Shown: piece by piece, positions 9,706-21,729 of the stretch
Layout: the number at the start of each line of letters is the position of its first letter
Position numbering within the stretch: position 1 is the stretch's first letter
Source: Acidobacteriota bacterium
Lineage (GTDB): Bacteria > Acidobacteriota > Thermoanaerobaculia > UBA5066 > Gp7-AA6
Length of the DNA stretch: 64,000 nucleotides
Direction: 5' to 3'
Assembly: GCA_027307335.1 (NCBI GenBank)
Contig: DAHUXD010000050.1
Coordinates: forward strand, 536 to 64,535
Notes under the pieces: model-generated
Seen by the model: the letters and a program-made list of their open reading frames with translations, nothing else
Databases searched by the model: none
What the model was told of the DNA's origin: nothing
Position numbers and translations under genes: made by a program

Positions 9706-11369
9706 GCGCGGTACTTCGCCGCCTGGTGACGCTCGAGCGTCTGATCCGGGTCGCCGCAGAGGTTGACGTGGATCCCGAGCTCGCGCGCCATCACGGCCTT
9801 GCGGGCGAGCGCGCGATTCGCCGTCCTCGCGTCGGGCGCGTAGGCGACCTGGATGTGGTTCGCCATGTGCTTGGCCATCATCTGGTCGCGCGTGATGCCG
9901 TAGAGGACGGCGTGCATGATCGGCCACTGCGGCGTCGTCGCCTGCCAGCGCCGCTCGGTCTCGGCGTCCGACAGCTTGACGACGCCGCCGCGCCCGACGT
10001 CCATGTGGAGCGCGCGATCCTTGACGTACACGCGCGAGAACACGATCTCGCCCGGCCTCGACACGCCCTTTAGCGTCGAGCCGCCCTTCGGGAAGTACAT
10101 CGGCGGCTGGCGCTCGCCGCGCGCGCCCGCGTATCCGCCGATGAAGTGCGAGGCCGGCGCGGCGCCGGAGATCTCGAACACCCACACGAAGCCGTTCACG
10201 CCGCTCTCCTCGACCGACGCGCCCCAGCGCACGTCGTGGAGCGTCGTCGACGGATCGATGCCGAGGTCCGACCACACGCGGTTGGTCAGGAGCGCGTCGA
10301 CGCCGGCGCACTCGTCGACCTCGTTGAAGTGCGGAACCGCGAGGCCGTCGAAGAGCGGCCGTCCGTCGGCCCCGGCGACCGGAGGACGGTCGGGATTGTT
10401 CAGCAGCCCTTCCGCGAGGTCCGACGCGACGCAGGTGTCCTTGAGGCCCTGCTGGTACTGGATTCCGATCGCCGCGCATCCGAAGTCGTGCGCCATCCGC
10501 ACTGCCGAGTCGTACATCTTGAGGCCCTCGAGCACCTGCCACTCCGTCAACTCGGAGGCCTCGTCGCGACCGATCGCGAAGACCATGCCGCGCTTCCTCA
10601 GCCAGTCGTAATGCCGCCGCGCCACGTCGTCCGGGACCTCGCGCATCGCGGCGTAGAGCGCCGATTGGGACATGCGCTCCTTGAAGAGTCCCATGCCGTG
10701 CATGAGCTCGTCGGGGACGATCGCGTTGTACATGCCCATGCAGCCTTCGTCGAAGACGCCGAGGATCGCCTGGTCGCGCATGAGCGCCTGCCCGAGGGCG
10801 GCGCCGCGCACGAAGTCCTCCTCGTAGGACGCGCCGAGGGTCTCGTCCTCGAACCTCCGCGCGTGGCTCGTGTCGTGCGCGATCTTCCCCTGCGCCAGCC
10901 ACTGCCTGAGGCCCGACCGCGCGAACCCGTCCTCGAAGTCCTCGCTCCAGATCGAGCTGTACGGGATCCCGGCCTTGGTCAGGGACGCGTTGACGTTCAG
11001 CATCCCGACCAGCCCCGGCCACTCGCCGCTCCAGTTGGCGAGGGTCAGGATCGGCCCACGGTGCTTCGTCAGCCCCGCGAGGATGTGGCTCGTGTACTCC
11101 CACACCGCCTCGGCGACGACGAGCGGTGCCTCCGGATCGATCTGCCGGAAGATCCGGATCCCGCGCGCCTGACCGTCGATGAAACCGTGCTTCTTATCCG
11201 CGTCGTACTCGTGGCCGCGCACGATGCGCGCCCCGAGTTCGCCGAACGCCTTCTCGACCGCCCGCTCGAGCGTCTGCTGCGCGGGCCAGCATTTCTGGTT
11301 CGCCGAAAGGCGCGAGTCGCCGCTCGCGACGAGGACGACCTCCCGGGCTCCGGGCTTCTGCGTGCTCAT
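9702..11369 (-). CDS. L-fucose/D-arabinose isomerase family protein
   Basis: Motifs WPGLVG, GIQYQQG, HFNEVDECAG, TLHDVRWG and ANHIQVAY. It is the first gene of an operon with ribulokinase and a sugar ABC transporter. Confidence 0.75.
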   Translation of the reverse strand: MSTQKPGAREVVLVASGDSRLSANQKCWPAQQTLERAVEKAFGELGARIVRGHEYDADKKHGFIDGQARGIRIFRQIDPEAPLVVAEAVWEYTSHILAGLTKHRGPILTLANWSGEWPGLVGMLNVNASLTKAGIPYSSIWSEDFEDGFARSGLRQWLAQGKIAHDTSHARRFEDETLGASYEEDFVRGAALGQALMRDQAILGVFDEGCMGMYNAIVPDELMHGMGLFKERMSQSALYAAMREVPDDVARRHYDWLRKRGMVFAIGRDEASELTEWQVLEGLKMYDSAVRMAHDFGCAAIGIQYQQGLKDTCVASDLAEGLLNNPDRPPVAGADGRPLFDGLAVPHFNEVDECAGVDALLTNRVWSDLGIDPSTTLHDVRWGASVEESGVNGFVWVFEISGAAPASHFIGGYAGARGERQPPMYFPKGGSTLKGVSRPGEIVFSRVYVKDRALHMDVGRGGVVKLSDAETERRWQATTPQWPIMHAVLYGITRDQMMAKHMANHIQVAYAPDARTANRALARKAVMARELGIHVNLCGDPDQTLERHQAAKYRA

Positions 11370-11480
11370 GCTCCTCCCGCGTCGCTGGGTCGAAGGGCTC
11401 GTGGACGTGCGGACATCGGAGAGCTCCCGAATTTGCGGGAAGATTCTATGCGAGCGCGCGGGACGAGCCGCGTCGGGACG

Positions 11481-14544
<3,064 letters not shown>

Positions 14545-14561
14545 CGCCTTCGACGGGCGCC

Positions 14562-14591
14562 AAAAGAAAAGGGCGGCCGAAAAGGCCGCCC
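14562..14591 (-). terminator. Intrinsic terminator of the IPTL-CTERM gene
   Basis: GGGCGGCC-GAAAA-GGCCGCCC stem preceded by AAAAGAAAA (a U-tract on the minus strand). Confidence 0.8.
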
Positions 14592-14626
14592 GGAATCACG
14601 CGGGCCGGAAGGCCCGCGCCTCCTCC

Positions 14627-15610
14627 TTACGCCCCCAGCGAGGTCTTCCTCGCGAGAACGTATCCCACCGCTGCCAGAAGAACGACGAGACCGGCGATGC
14701 CGGCGACCGAGAGCGTCGGCACCGCGGCCGCCACGGGGACGGCCTGGCCCGTGAAGCTGACACCCGTGTCGACCACGGCCGGCACCGTCGGTGTGACGAC
14801 CAGCCCGGCCCACTCGAGCGCGGCGCCGTTGTCGATGCAGGTCGCGTCCACCGTGTTGTCGAGGTTGCCCGACGAGATCTCGTCCCAAACGCTCGAGTAT
14901 CCCTGTGCCGTCCACTTGCTGGCGGGCGTCGTGCCCTGCCACATGATCGTGTACTGAAGCTGATGACAGCTCGCGTCGGCCCCGTGGCCGCCCGCGCCGG
15001 CCGCCGAGCCCAACGAGAAGCCCTGGTCATTGTCGGCGAGATAGAGGTCGGATCCGACAAAGGCGTTCAGCGTGGCGCCTCCGCCGGGCGCGGCCGGCGC
15101 CCCGGGCGGCGGCGCAACGGCGAAGGACAGATTGATGACCGCGCCCGCCGCGCCGTTGACGTACGTCAGCGTCTCCGTCAGCCGGATGCCGAGGGTACCC
15201 GCATCGGCGACGATGACGACGGTGAACGGATCGCCCGACGTTCCGGTTCCGGTCACGGGAGTCATCGAGACGGGGGTCCAGGGCGTGTAGGTGTTCGACG
15301 CCGAGCCGCACGGGTGATTGTTGAAGTCGGGCCCGAAAATGGTGGCGCCGATTGAAGCGAAGGTCCCCGAGTCGGCGGTCTCGCCGGCGCTGCAGTCGGG
15401 AGGATAGAACTGACCCGTGCCAGGAACGTTGCTGTTGGTGACCTGGAGCGAAGTGTCGTTGCCCACCACGATCGTGAGCGGGTTCCCCGCGATCGTCACG
15501 GTCGCCGGCGCGAGCGGAGTGAACGGCTGCCGCGGCACGCGGCGATTCTTCGAAGCCCACGCCGGAGCCGCGAGGGCCAGACACACGAGCACGAGCGCGA
15601 CGCGTTTCAT
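14627..15610 (-). CDS. Surface protein with IPTL-CTERM exosortase sorting signal
   Basis: Signal peptide, Thr/Gly-rich beta body, and C-terminal VPTLS + hydrophobic helix + RK tail. Confidence 0.8.
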   Translation of the reverse strand: MKRVALVLVCLALAAPAWASKNRRVPRQPFTPLAPATVTIAGNPLTIVVGNDTSLQVTNSNVPGTGQFYPPDCSAGETADSGTFASIGATIFGPDFNNHPCGSASNTYTPWTPVSMTPVTGTGTSGDPFTVVIVADAGTLGIRLTETLTYVNGAAGAVINLSFAVAPPPGAPAAPGGGATLNAFVGSDLYLADNDQGFSLGSAAGAGGHGADASCHQLQYTIMWQGTTPASKWTAQGYSSVWDEISSGNLDNTVDATCIDNGAALEWAGLVVTPTVPAVVDTGVSFTGQAVPVAAAVPTLSVAGIAGLVVLLAAVGYVLARKTSLGA

Positions 15611-15656
15611 GAATCCGCCTTTCGTAGTCGCTTTATCGACGATTTAAGATGCGGGA

Positions 15657-15685
15657 ACCGTAGCCGAGGCGAACGCACCTGTCAA
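15657..15685 (-). promoter_or_regulatory. Sigma70-type promoter for the IPTL-CTERM gene
   Basis: Minus strand TTGACA-N17-TACGGT. Confidence 0.65.
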
Positions 15686-15910
15686 GACGTACAGGTAGGT
15701 TCTGCCCTGCTGCCCGCCCGAACAGGAGGGGCACCGAAGGGCTTCGTGGGGGGGCCGCGAACGGCCCCGCGGGGCTCCGAGGTCTCCGGACGGAGGGGGC
15801 GGCCGCCCGGGAGCATGGTAGTTTGTTCTTTTCGCCCGCCGGCACCCCGGTTGGGTCCGGCCGGCGAGGCGGCTTCCCGCCGCGAGTTTCCTCATCGGGG
15901 GGCGTGGAAC

Positions 15911-16657
15911 ATGGCTGGCTGCGCAAGCGGAGGCGGCTGCGGCATCGGGAACGCGTACAACCCGGGCCAGTACGTCGGGATCCGCATGAACGAGCACGAG
16001 GATGGCCGGAGCGTCCTCTGCGACACGACGGGCGTCGAGGTCTCCCGCAAGCAGCGGGTGATCGTCGAGGGGGATTCCGGCTTCGAATATGCCGAGGTGA
16101 CGAACTTGCGGCCGATGATCCTGAAGCAGTGCCAGCTGCGGGACTCCCGGCGGCTCGTCCGGGTCGCCACCGGCACGGACCTCGCGGCCTACCAGGCGAA
16201 GGTCGATCGGGAGGGCCGGTTTCTCACCGATGCCCGGCGGCTCGCCGGCGAGAAGCGGCTGACCATGAAGCTCATCCGGGCCGAGGAGGCCTTCGACGGT
16301 CGAAAGGTCACGGTCTATTACACTTCCGAGGCCCGCATCGACTACCGCAAGCTCGTCTCCGACCTCGCCCTCGCCCACCCCGTCCGGATCGAGATGCGGC
16401 AGGTCGGCCCCCGGGACGAGACCCGGATGCGCGGCGGCATCGGGCCGTGCGGGCTGACGCTCTGCTGCTCCACGTTCCTCAAGGGCTTCCACCCGGTAAC
16501 CATCAAGATGGCCAAGAACCAGAACCTCTCGCTGAACCCCTCCAAGATCTCGGGCATGTGCGGGCGGCTGATGTGCTGCCTCGCCTACGAGGACGAGGCG
16601 CCGGACCGGGGAGCCTCGAAGAAGCCGCAGAATATTCCGGTGCCGACCCCTGTTTGA
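15911..16657 (+). CDS. ricT: PSP1-domain Fe-S protein (RicT/YaaT family)
   Basis: Motifs RIEMRQVGPRDE, GGIGPCGLTLCC, MAKNQNLSLNPSKISGMCGRLMCCLAYE, and N-terminal GCASGGGC. Confidence 0.88.
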   Translation: MAGCASGGGCGIGNAYNPGQYVGIRMNEHEDGRSVLCDTTGVEVSRKQRVIVEGDSGFEYAEVTNLRPMILKQCQLRDSRRLVRVATGTDLAAYQAKVDREGRFLTDARRLAGEKRLTMKLIRAEEAFDGRKVTVYYTSEARIDYRKLVSDLALAHPVRIEMRQVGPRDETRMRGGIGPCGLTLCCSTFLKGFHPVTIKMAKNQNLSLNPSKISGMCGRLMCCLAYEDEAPDRGASKKPQNIPVPTPV

Positions 16658-16701
16658 CCGCTCAAGACGTCCCACCTTTTCGGGACCAAAGTGAGACAGC
16701 C

Positions 16702-17079
16702 GTGGTCAATCGAAACACATCCGGCGGCGCTTTCCGAAACGAAGACGAGGGTCCCGCCAACCGCAAGCTGATCCGCCCGAATCTGGCCGAGCTCGCCGAC
16801 CGCTACCCGACGCGCTCCTTCTCCCAGCGCAAGCAGGTGCCGCCCGAGCAGACGAACGCCGAGAGCTACTACTACCTCAAGCAGATGGCGGCCAAGACCC
16901 CGATGGTCGTGGTCCTGACCGACGGCGAGAAGATCAACGGCTGGATCGAGTGGTACGACAAGAACTGCCTGAAGGTGAACCGCGAGAGCGGACCGAACCT
17001 TCTGGTGCCGAAGGCCTCGATCAAGTACATGTACAAGGCCTCCGAGGCCGCGGGCGACGAGGCGAGCGGGAACCGCTAA
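16702..17079 (+). CDS. Atypical Hfq/Sm-like RNA chaperone
   Basis: Sm1-like KTPMVVVLTDGEKINGWIEWYD and Sm2-like NLLVPKASIKYM. Start re-chosen at GTG 16702. Confidence 0.75.
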   Translation: MVNRNTSGGAFRNEDEGPANRKLIRPNLAELADRYPTRSFSQRKQVPPEQTNAESYYYLKQMAAKTPMVVVLTDGEKINGWIEWYDKNCLKVNRESGPNLLVPKASIKYMYKASEAAGDEASGNR

Positions 17080-17089
17080 AACTCTTGTT

Positions 17090-17125
17090 CCCCCTCTCCC
17101 TCCGGGAGAGGGCCGGGGTGAGGGG
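17090..17125 (-). repeat. Palindromic repeat copy C, intergenic between convergent genes
   Basis: CCCCCTCTCCCTCCGGGAGAGGGCCGGGGTGAGGGG. Confidence 0.85.
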
Positions 17126-17153
17126 CGTCCGTTCGCCTTGCCTCTGGCGACCC

Positions 17154-18587
17154 CTAACGCGCCCCCCTCCCCGTCAGCACCGCGGGCACCGTCTTCAACA
17201 GGATCTTCAGGTCGAGGAGCGGAGACCAGGTGTCGATGTACTTCAGGTCGAGGGCCATCCACCGGTCGAAATCCACTTCGTTGCGGCCGGACACCTGCCA
17301 GAGGCACGTCAGCCCGGGCTTCATGCTGAGCCGCCGACGCTGCCAGGGCTCGTAGCGGGAGACCTCCTCGGGCAGGGGCGGACGCGGTCCGACGAGGCTC
17401 ATGTCGCCGATGATCACGTTCCAGAGCTGCGGCAGCTCGTCGATCGACAGGCGGCGCAGGAGCCGGCCGATCGGCGTCAGCCGGGGATCGTGCCGGACCT
17501 TGAAGACGGGGCCGGTCATCTCGTTCAAGTGCGAGACCTCGGTCAGGCGTTCCTCGGACCCCGCCTGCATCGTGCGGAACTTCAGCAGCGTGAATTGGCG
17601 GCCGTTCAGCCCGCACCGCACCTGGCGGAACAGGATGGGCCCGCTCGACCCGAGGCGGATCCCGAGGGCGGCCAGGATCTGGATCGGAAGCGTCACGAGG
17701 AAGAGCGCGAGCGCGAACACGAGGTCGATCGTTCGCTTGGCGGCGAGCTCGGCCGGGTTGGTCGGCGTCGTCGTGAACGTCAGGAGGGGAATCCCGTCGA
17801 GCTCCTCGAGCACGGGACGGGCGAGCACGTGGGGAAAGATGTCCAGGGAGACGTGCGCCCGCACGCCGTGCCGCTCCGCGACGAGGAGCGCGCCCTCGTA
17901 CTCGGCGAGCTTGCCCTTCTCGATCACGAAGATGACCTCGTCGACGACCCGCGACGAGAGGATGGCCTCCATGTCCGTGATCCTCCCGAGCCGCGGCCAT
18001 CGCGCCGCGAGAGCGGCCTCGTGGCCGTTGTCGTCGTCGACGTAGCCGACCACGCGGAATCCCCAGTGGGGATGCCCCTCGAGGAAATCGCCGAACTGCG
18101 CGGCCTTCGGTCCCGTCCCGACCAGCAGCGCCGTGCGGAAGTTGAACCCCCGCGCGCGGACGAACCGCGAGGCGCCCCGGAGCGCCGACTTCTCCACCGC
18201 GAGGAGCAGGAAGTTCACGATTCCGAAGAGGACGAGGAACCAGCGGCTGACGAAGTCCAGGCGCAGGCCGAAGATCAGGAGGACCAGGATGACCGTGCCT
18301 CCGAGAGACACGCGGGCGGCGGCCCAGATCTCCTCGCCGAACGGCAGCGTGCGATGGCTGCGGTAGAACCCCGCCCCGGCGAGCAGGACCCCCCAGATCG
18401 GCAGGATGAAGAAGAGGAGCAGCAGGTACTGCTCGAGCGGGTAGATCGCGAGCGGGAAGAGCCCGGGCAGCTCGGTCCGGAGCACACCCTGCCGCAGCGC
18501 CCACGCGATCGGCAGCGACGCGGCCGTCAGCGCCAGGTCCGCCAGGAGGACCCCGATCGCAATCGCGCGCGCTTTCTGTTTCAGCAT
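17154..18587 (-). CDS. Polyprenyl-phosphate sugar phosphotransferase (WcaJ/WbaP family)
   Basis: N-terminal TM helices, CoA-binding-like middle domain, KFRTM, DPRLT, SIDELPQLWNV, MSLVGPRP and KPGLT. Confidence 0.93.
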   Translation of the reverse strand: MLKQKARAIAIGVLLADLALTAASLPIAWALRQGVLRTELPGLFPLAIYPLEQYLLLLFFILPIWGVLLAGAGFYRSHRTLPFGEEIWAAARVSLGGTVILVLLIFGLRLDFVSRWFLVLFGIVNFLLLAVEKSALRGASRFVRARGFNFRTALLVGTGPKAAQFGDFLEGHPHWGFRVVGYVDDDNGHEAALAARWPRLGRITDMEAILSSRVVDEVIFVIEKGKLAEYEGALLVAERHGVRAHVSLDIFPHVLARPVLEELDGIPLLTFTTTPTNPAELAAKRTIDLVFALALFLVTLPIQILAALGIRLGSSGPILFRQVRCGLNGRQFTLLKFRTMQAGSEERLTEVSHLNEMTGPVFKVRHDPRLTPIGRLLRRLSIDELPQLWNVIIGDMSLVGPRPPLPEEVSRYEPWQRRRLSMKPGLTCLWQVSGRNEVDFDRWMALDLKYIDTWSPLLDLKILLKTVPAVLTGRGAR

Positions 18588-18629
18588 GAGACGTTGGGGA
18601 CGGCGGGGCCCGGGCCGGCCGCGCCGATG

Positions 18630-19733
18630 TTATGGGATGCCGTTTCTCCCTTCAAGGACCGCCTCGTACCGGTCGGTGACGTCTTCCCACCGGTAGCGCT
18701 CCTGGACTCTTCGCCGGGCTCGCTCCTTCCATACGGAGTGCGCGGGAGGGTCGTCCAGGACCTCTCGCAATACTTTTGCCAGCGTCCCGGGCGAGCGGGC
18801 CTCGAAGGGCAGCCCCGCTCCCCCGGCCACCTCCTCGTTCTCGGGGGTCGCGTTGTAGGCGACGATGCGTCCGTAGCCGAGGGCCTCGACCAGCGCCGGA
18901 TGGGTGCCGCCCACCTCGGTCGCCTGCACGTACGCGGCGGCGTTCGCGAGGAGCTCGCGGTAGCCCTCGCCGTAGACGGCGCCGGGAAACACGACCCGCG
19001 GATCGGCGGCCGCGCGCACCTGCGCGATGTAGCCGGCCGCGTAGGGAGCGTCGCCCACGACGACGAGCGGGGTCGAGCCCGGCACGTCGCGATACGCCCG
19101 CACGACCTCGAGCGCGTTGTTCTCGGGCTCGAGGCGCGAGACGTAGAGGACGTAGCGCTCCTTCTCGAGGCCGAGCCGGTCGAGGGCGGCGCGTCCGGCG
19201 GGCTCCGGCAGATCGCCGCCGTAGGGAATGAAGATCGAATCGACGCCGTACCGCTCGCGGTAGTAGCGCTGGATGACCGCGGCGTCCGAGACGATCGCAT
19301 CGGGCACCATCGTCGAGAGCCGCTCCGAGAAGCGGTAGGCGAGGCGGCCGATCGCGCTCCACTTCCGGCGATTCCGCTCGAGGCCGTCGACGTTCAAGAC
19401 GACGCGGGTGCGTCCGCCGAGGCGCGGCAGGAAGGACGACGCGGCGTTGATCGCGTTGCACACGAGGACGGCGTCGAACCGATCGAAGGCGGCGTCGACT
19501 CCCGAGAGGACGCCGTGGACGACCGTGTCGAGATATTTCGTCGGCACGGTCGGCAGCACCCGGATCTTCGCGCCGCGATGGACGGAGAGGCCGGGCTCCG
19601 CGTAGCGGGATCGCGTGTACACGATCACGTCGTGGCCGCGCGCGGCGAGACGCGCGGAGAGCTCCTCGGCGAGCGTCTCGAAGCCACCGTAGCGCGCCGG
19701 AATGCCGCGCGTGCCGAGGATGCCGACGCGCAT
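18630..19733 (-). CDS. GT4 glycosyltransferase (DUF1972-type N-terminus)
   Basis: Motifs MRVGILGTRGIPARYGGFE, NVDGLE, RLEPENN and EVGGTHPALVEA. Confidence 0.9.
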   Translation of the reverse strand: MRVGILGTRGIPARYGGFETLAEELSARLAARGHDVIVYTRSRYAEPGLSVHRGAKIRVLPTVPTKYLDTVVHGVLSGVDAAFDRFDAVLVCNAINAASSFLPRLGGRTRVVLNVDGLERNRRKWSAIGRLAYRFSERLSTMVPDAIVSDAAVIQRYYRERYGVDSIFIPYGGDLPEPAGRAALDRLGLEKERYVLYVSRLEPENNALEVVRAYRDVPGSTPLVVVGDAPYAAGYIAQVRAAADPRVVFPGAVYGEGYRELLANAAAYVQATEVGGTHPALVEALGYGRIVAYNATPENEEVAGGAGLPFEARSPGTLAKVLREVLDDPPAHSVWKERARRRVQERYRWEDVTDRYEAVLEGRNGIP

Positions 19734-19735
19734 GC

Positions 19736-20737
19736 TCAGAAGTCTCCCTCTCCCCCCGGGAGAGGGCCGGGGTGAGGGGCGCGACCGAGCCGCATGGACG
19801 CCACCTTCGCCTGGATCTCCTTTCGCTTCGCCCACAGCCTCCGCCGGTTCCGCCACAGCCACCCGAACGCCGGCAGCGACGAGCGCTCGACGGTCAGGCA
19901 GGCGCCGACCACGACGAGGTCGCGCGCGAACGTCGGGACGGCCGTCGCGAGCGCCTCCCCCGCCGTCTGATTGTTGATGCGCAGAAGAAATCGGTTCTTG
20001 ACCGAGTGCCGGTTCGCCTCGGCGGACATGCGCCGGCGCCGGTCGGGCGTGTTGAGGCGCCGGTGCGCCGCGACGGCCGCGGGCACGTACAGGCAGCGCC
20101 AGCCGAGCCGGCGCAGGCGCCACGCGAGGTCCGCGTCCTCGCGGTAGAGGAAGAAGTCCGCGTCGAACACGCCCGTCGAGATGCGCGCGTCCTCGAGCGC
20201 CGCCCGGCGGTAGAAACCCGCCGCACCGCTCGCTCCGCCGACCTCCTCCTCGGTCTCGAAGCGCCCCGCCGCGGCCTCTCCGGCGCCGCGATCGAAGTGC
20301 CGTCCCGAGGCTGTGAAGCGGATCCCCGTCGAGTCGAGCCGGTCGGTCCGGGCGAGCTCCGGCCCCGCCGCGCGGTAGAGCCGACCCGACGCCGAGCCGA
20401 CGTCGGCCGCGTCGGCGGCGTCGAGGCGCCGCGCGAGGACGGCGGCGAAGTCCGGCTCGAGGCGGCAGTCGGGATTCAGCGCGAGCACGTAGCGTCCCGT
20501 CGTCGCGGCGATGCCCTCGTTCATCGCGGCCGCGAACCCCGCGTTCGTCGGCAGGGCCACGACGCGCACCGCGCCCCCGAGCGCCGCGGCGGCGTCCCGC
20601 GAGCCGTCCGTGGACGCGTTGTCGACGAGCACGATCTCGCTCGCGACGCCGCGCTGCGCCGCGGCGGCCGCGAGAGAGACCGGCAGGTCCGCCGCGCTGT
20701 CCTTCGAGACGACGACGATCGAGACGTCGGGCGTCAC
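19736..20737 (-). CDS. GT2 glycosyltransferase
   Basis: Motifs VDNASTDG, GFAAAMN, LNPD and FFLYREDADL. The GTG start overlaps the upstream stop. Confidence 0.88.
   Translation of the reverse strand: MTPDVSIVVVSKDSAADLPVSLAAAAAQRGVASEIVLVDNASTDGSRDAAAALGGAVRVVALPTNAGFAAAMNEGIAATTGRYVLALNPDCRLEPDFAAVLARRLDAADAADVGSASGRLYRAAGPELARTDRLDSTGIRFTASGRHFDRGAGEAAAGRFETEEEVGGASGAAGFYRRAALEDARISTGVFDADFFLYREDADLAWRLRRLGWRCLYVPAAVAAHRRLNTPDRRRRMSAEANRHSVKNRFLLRINNQTAGEALATAVPTFARDLVVVGACLTVERSSLPAFGWLWRNRRRLWAKRKEIQAKVASMRLGRAPHPGPLPGGEGDF
19746..19779 (-). repeat. Palindromic repeat copy D, inside GT2 3' end
   Basis: CCCTCTCCCCCCGGGAGAGGGCCGGGGTGAGGGG encodes the C-terminal PHPGPLPGGEG. Confidence 0.85.
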
Positions 20738-21729
20738 TTCGAGACTCCCAGCGCGAGACCGAGCACGCGCCCGTACGCCCTCGCGGCCTCGGTCCGGGGA
20801 CGCGGCAAGCCGCGGCGGAACGGCAGCAGACCGAGCCGCAGGACCATGCCGGCGCCGAGCAGACCGCGATAGGCGGCGCGCGCCGCGGGCGAGTAGTGGT
20901 CGCGCCGATAGCGGAGGGCGTTGCGGTAGAACGCCGGGAGGAAGCGGTCGTAGCCGAGCCGCGATGCCGAGTGGCCGCCGCGATGGCGGATGCGCGCCTC
21001 CGGCACGAACAGGATCGATCCCTCGTCGACGAGCCGCCGGCAGAGCTCGACGTCCTCGTGCCAGGCCGGCACGTAGCGCTCGTCGAATCCGCCGACCCGG
21101 ACGAACGCGTCGCGCCGCACGGCCAGCGCCGCCGCCGCGGGCTGCTCGACCGGAAACGACCGGCTGCGGTCCTCGTCCGCGTAGCGCCGCATCCTTCGCC
21201 CGCGATGGTTCGGGAAGGCGTGGTCGAGCATCAGGAGCTCGCTCGCGTCGGCCGCGAGCGTCGGCAGCCGCCGCAGCTGGAACGTCGCCTGGTCCTCGCG
21301 TCCCGGCGGCGCGAGCGCGAGGGGCCCGCCTTCGGCGGAGGCGCCCTCCATCTCGACGAGCCGCGGCGCCGCGGCGACCACGCGCGGATCCTCCGCGAAG
21401 GCGCGCGCGAGCGGCGTGAACGGCTCGCCCTCGGCGCGCGTGTCGGGGTTGACGAAGAGGAGGACGTCGCCCGCCGCGCGCGCGCCGCCCTGGTTCGCGG
21501 CGGGGCCGAAGCCGCGGTTCTCCGCGTTGACGAGGACGACCGCGCCGGGCCACCGCGCCGCGACTTCCGCCGCGGGCAGCGCGCCGCCCGCGTTGTCCAC
21601 GACGACGAGCGAGACCGCGACTCCTCCCGAAGGCACGCGCGCGCGCGCCGCCGCGTAGGACGCGATCGCCTCGAGCGCGTCCTCTTCGTCCCTCCAGGAG
21701 ACCAGGACGATCGAGATTTCTCGAATCAT
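20734..21729 (-). CDS. GT2 glycosyltransferase (WbbL-like)
   Basis: Motifs VVDN, NRGFGPAAN, NPD, GGFDE and EDVELC. Confidence 0.88.
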   Translation of the reverse strand: MIREISIVLVSWRDEEDALEAIASYAAARARVPSGGVAVSLVVVDNAGGALPAAEVAARWPGAVVLVNAENRGFGPAANQGGARAAGDVLLFVNPDTRAEGEPFTPLARAFAEDPRVVAAAPRLVEMEGASAEGGPLALAPPGREDQATFQLRRLPTLAADASELLMLDHAFPNHRGRRMRRYADEDRSRSFPVEQPAAAALAVRRDAFVRVGGFDERYVPAWHEDVELCRRLVDEGSILFVPEARIRHRGGHSASRLGYDRFLPAFYRNALRYRRDHYSPAARAAYRGLLGAGMVLRLGLLPFRRGLPRPRTEAARAYGRVLGLALGVSK

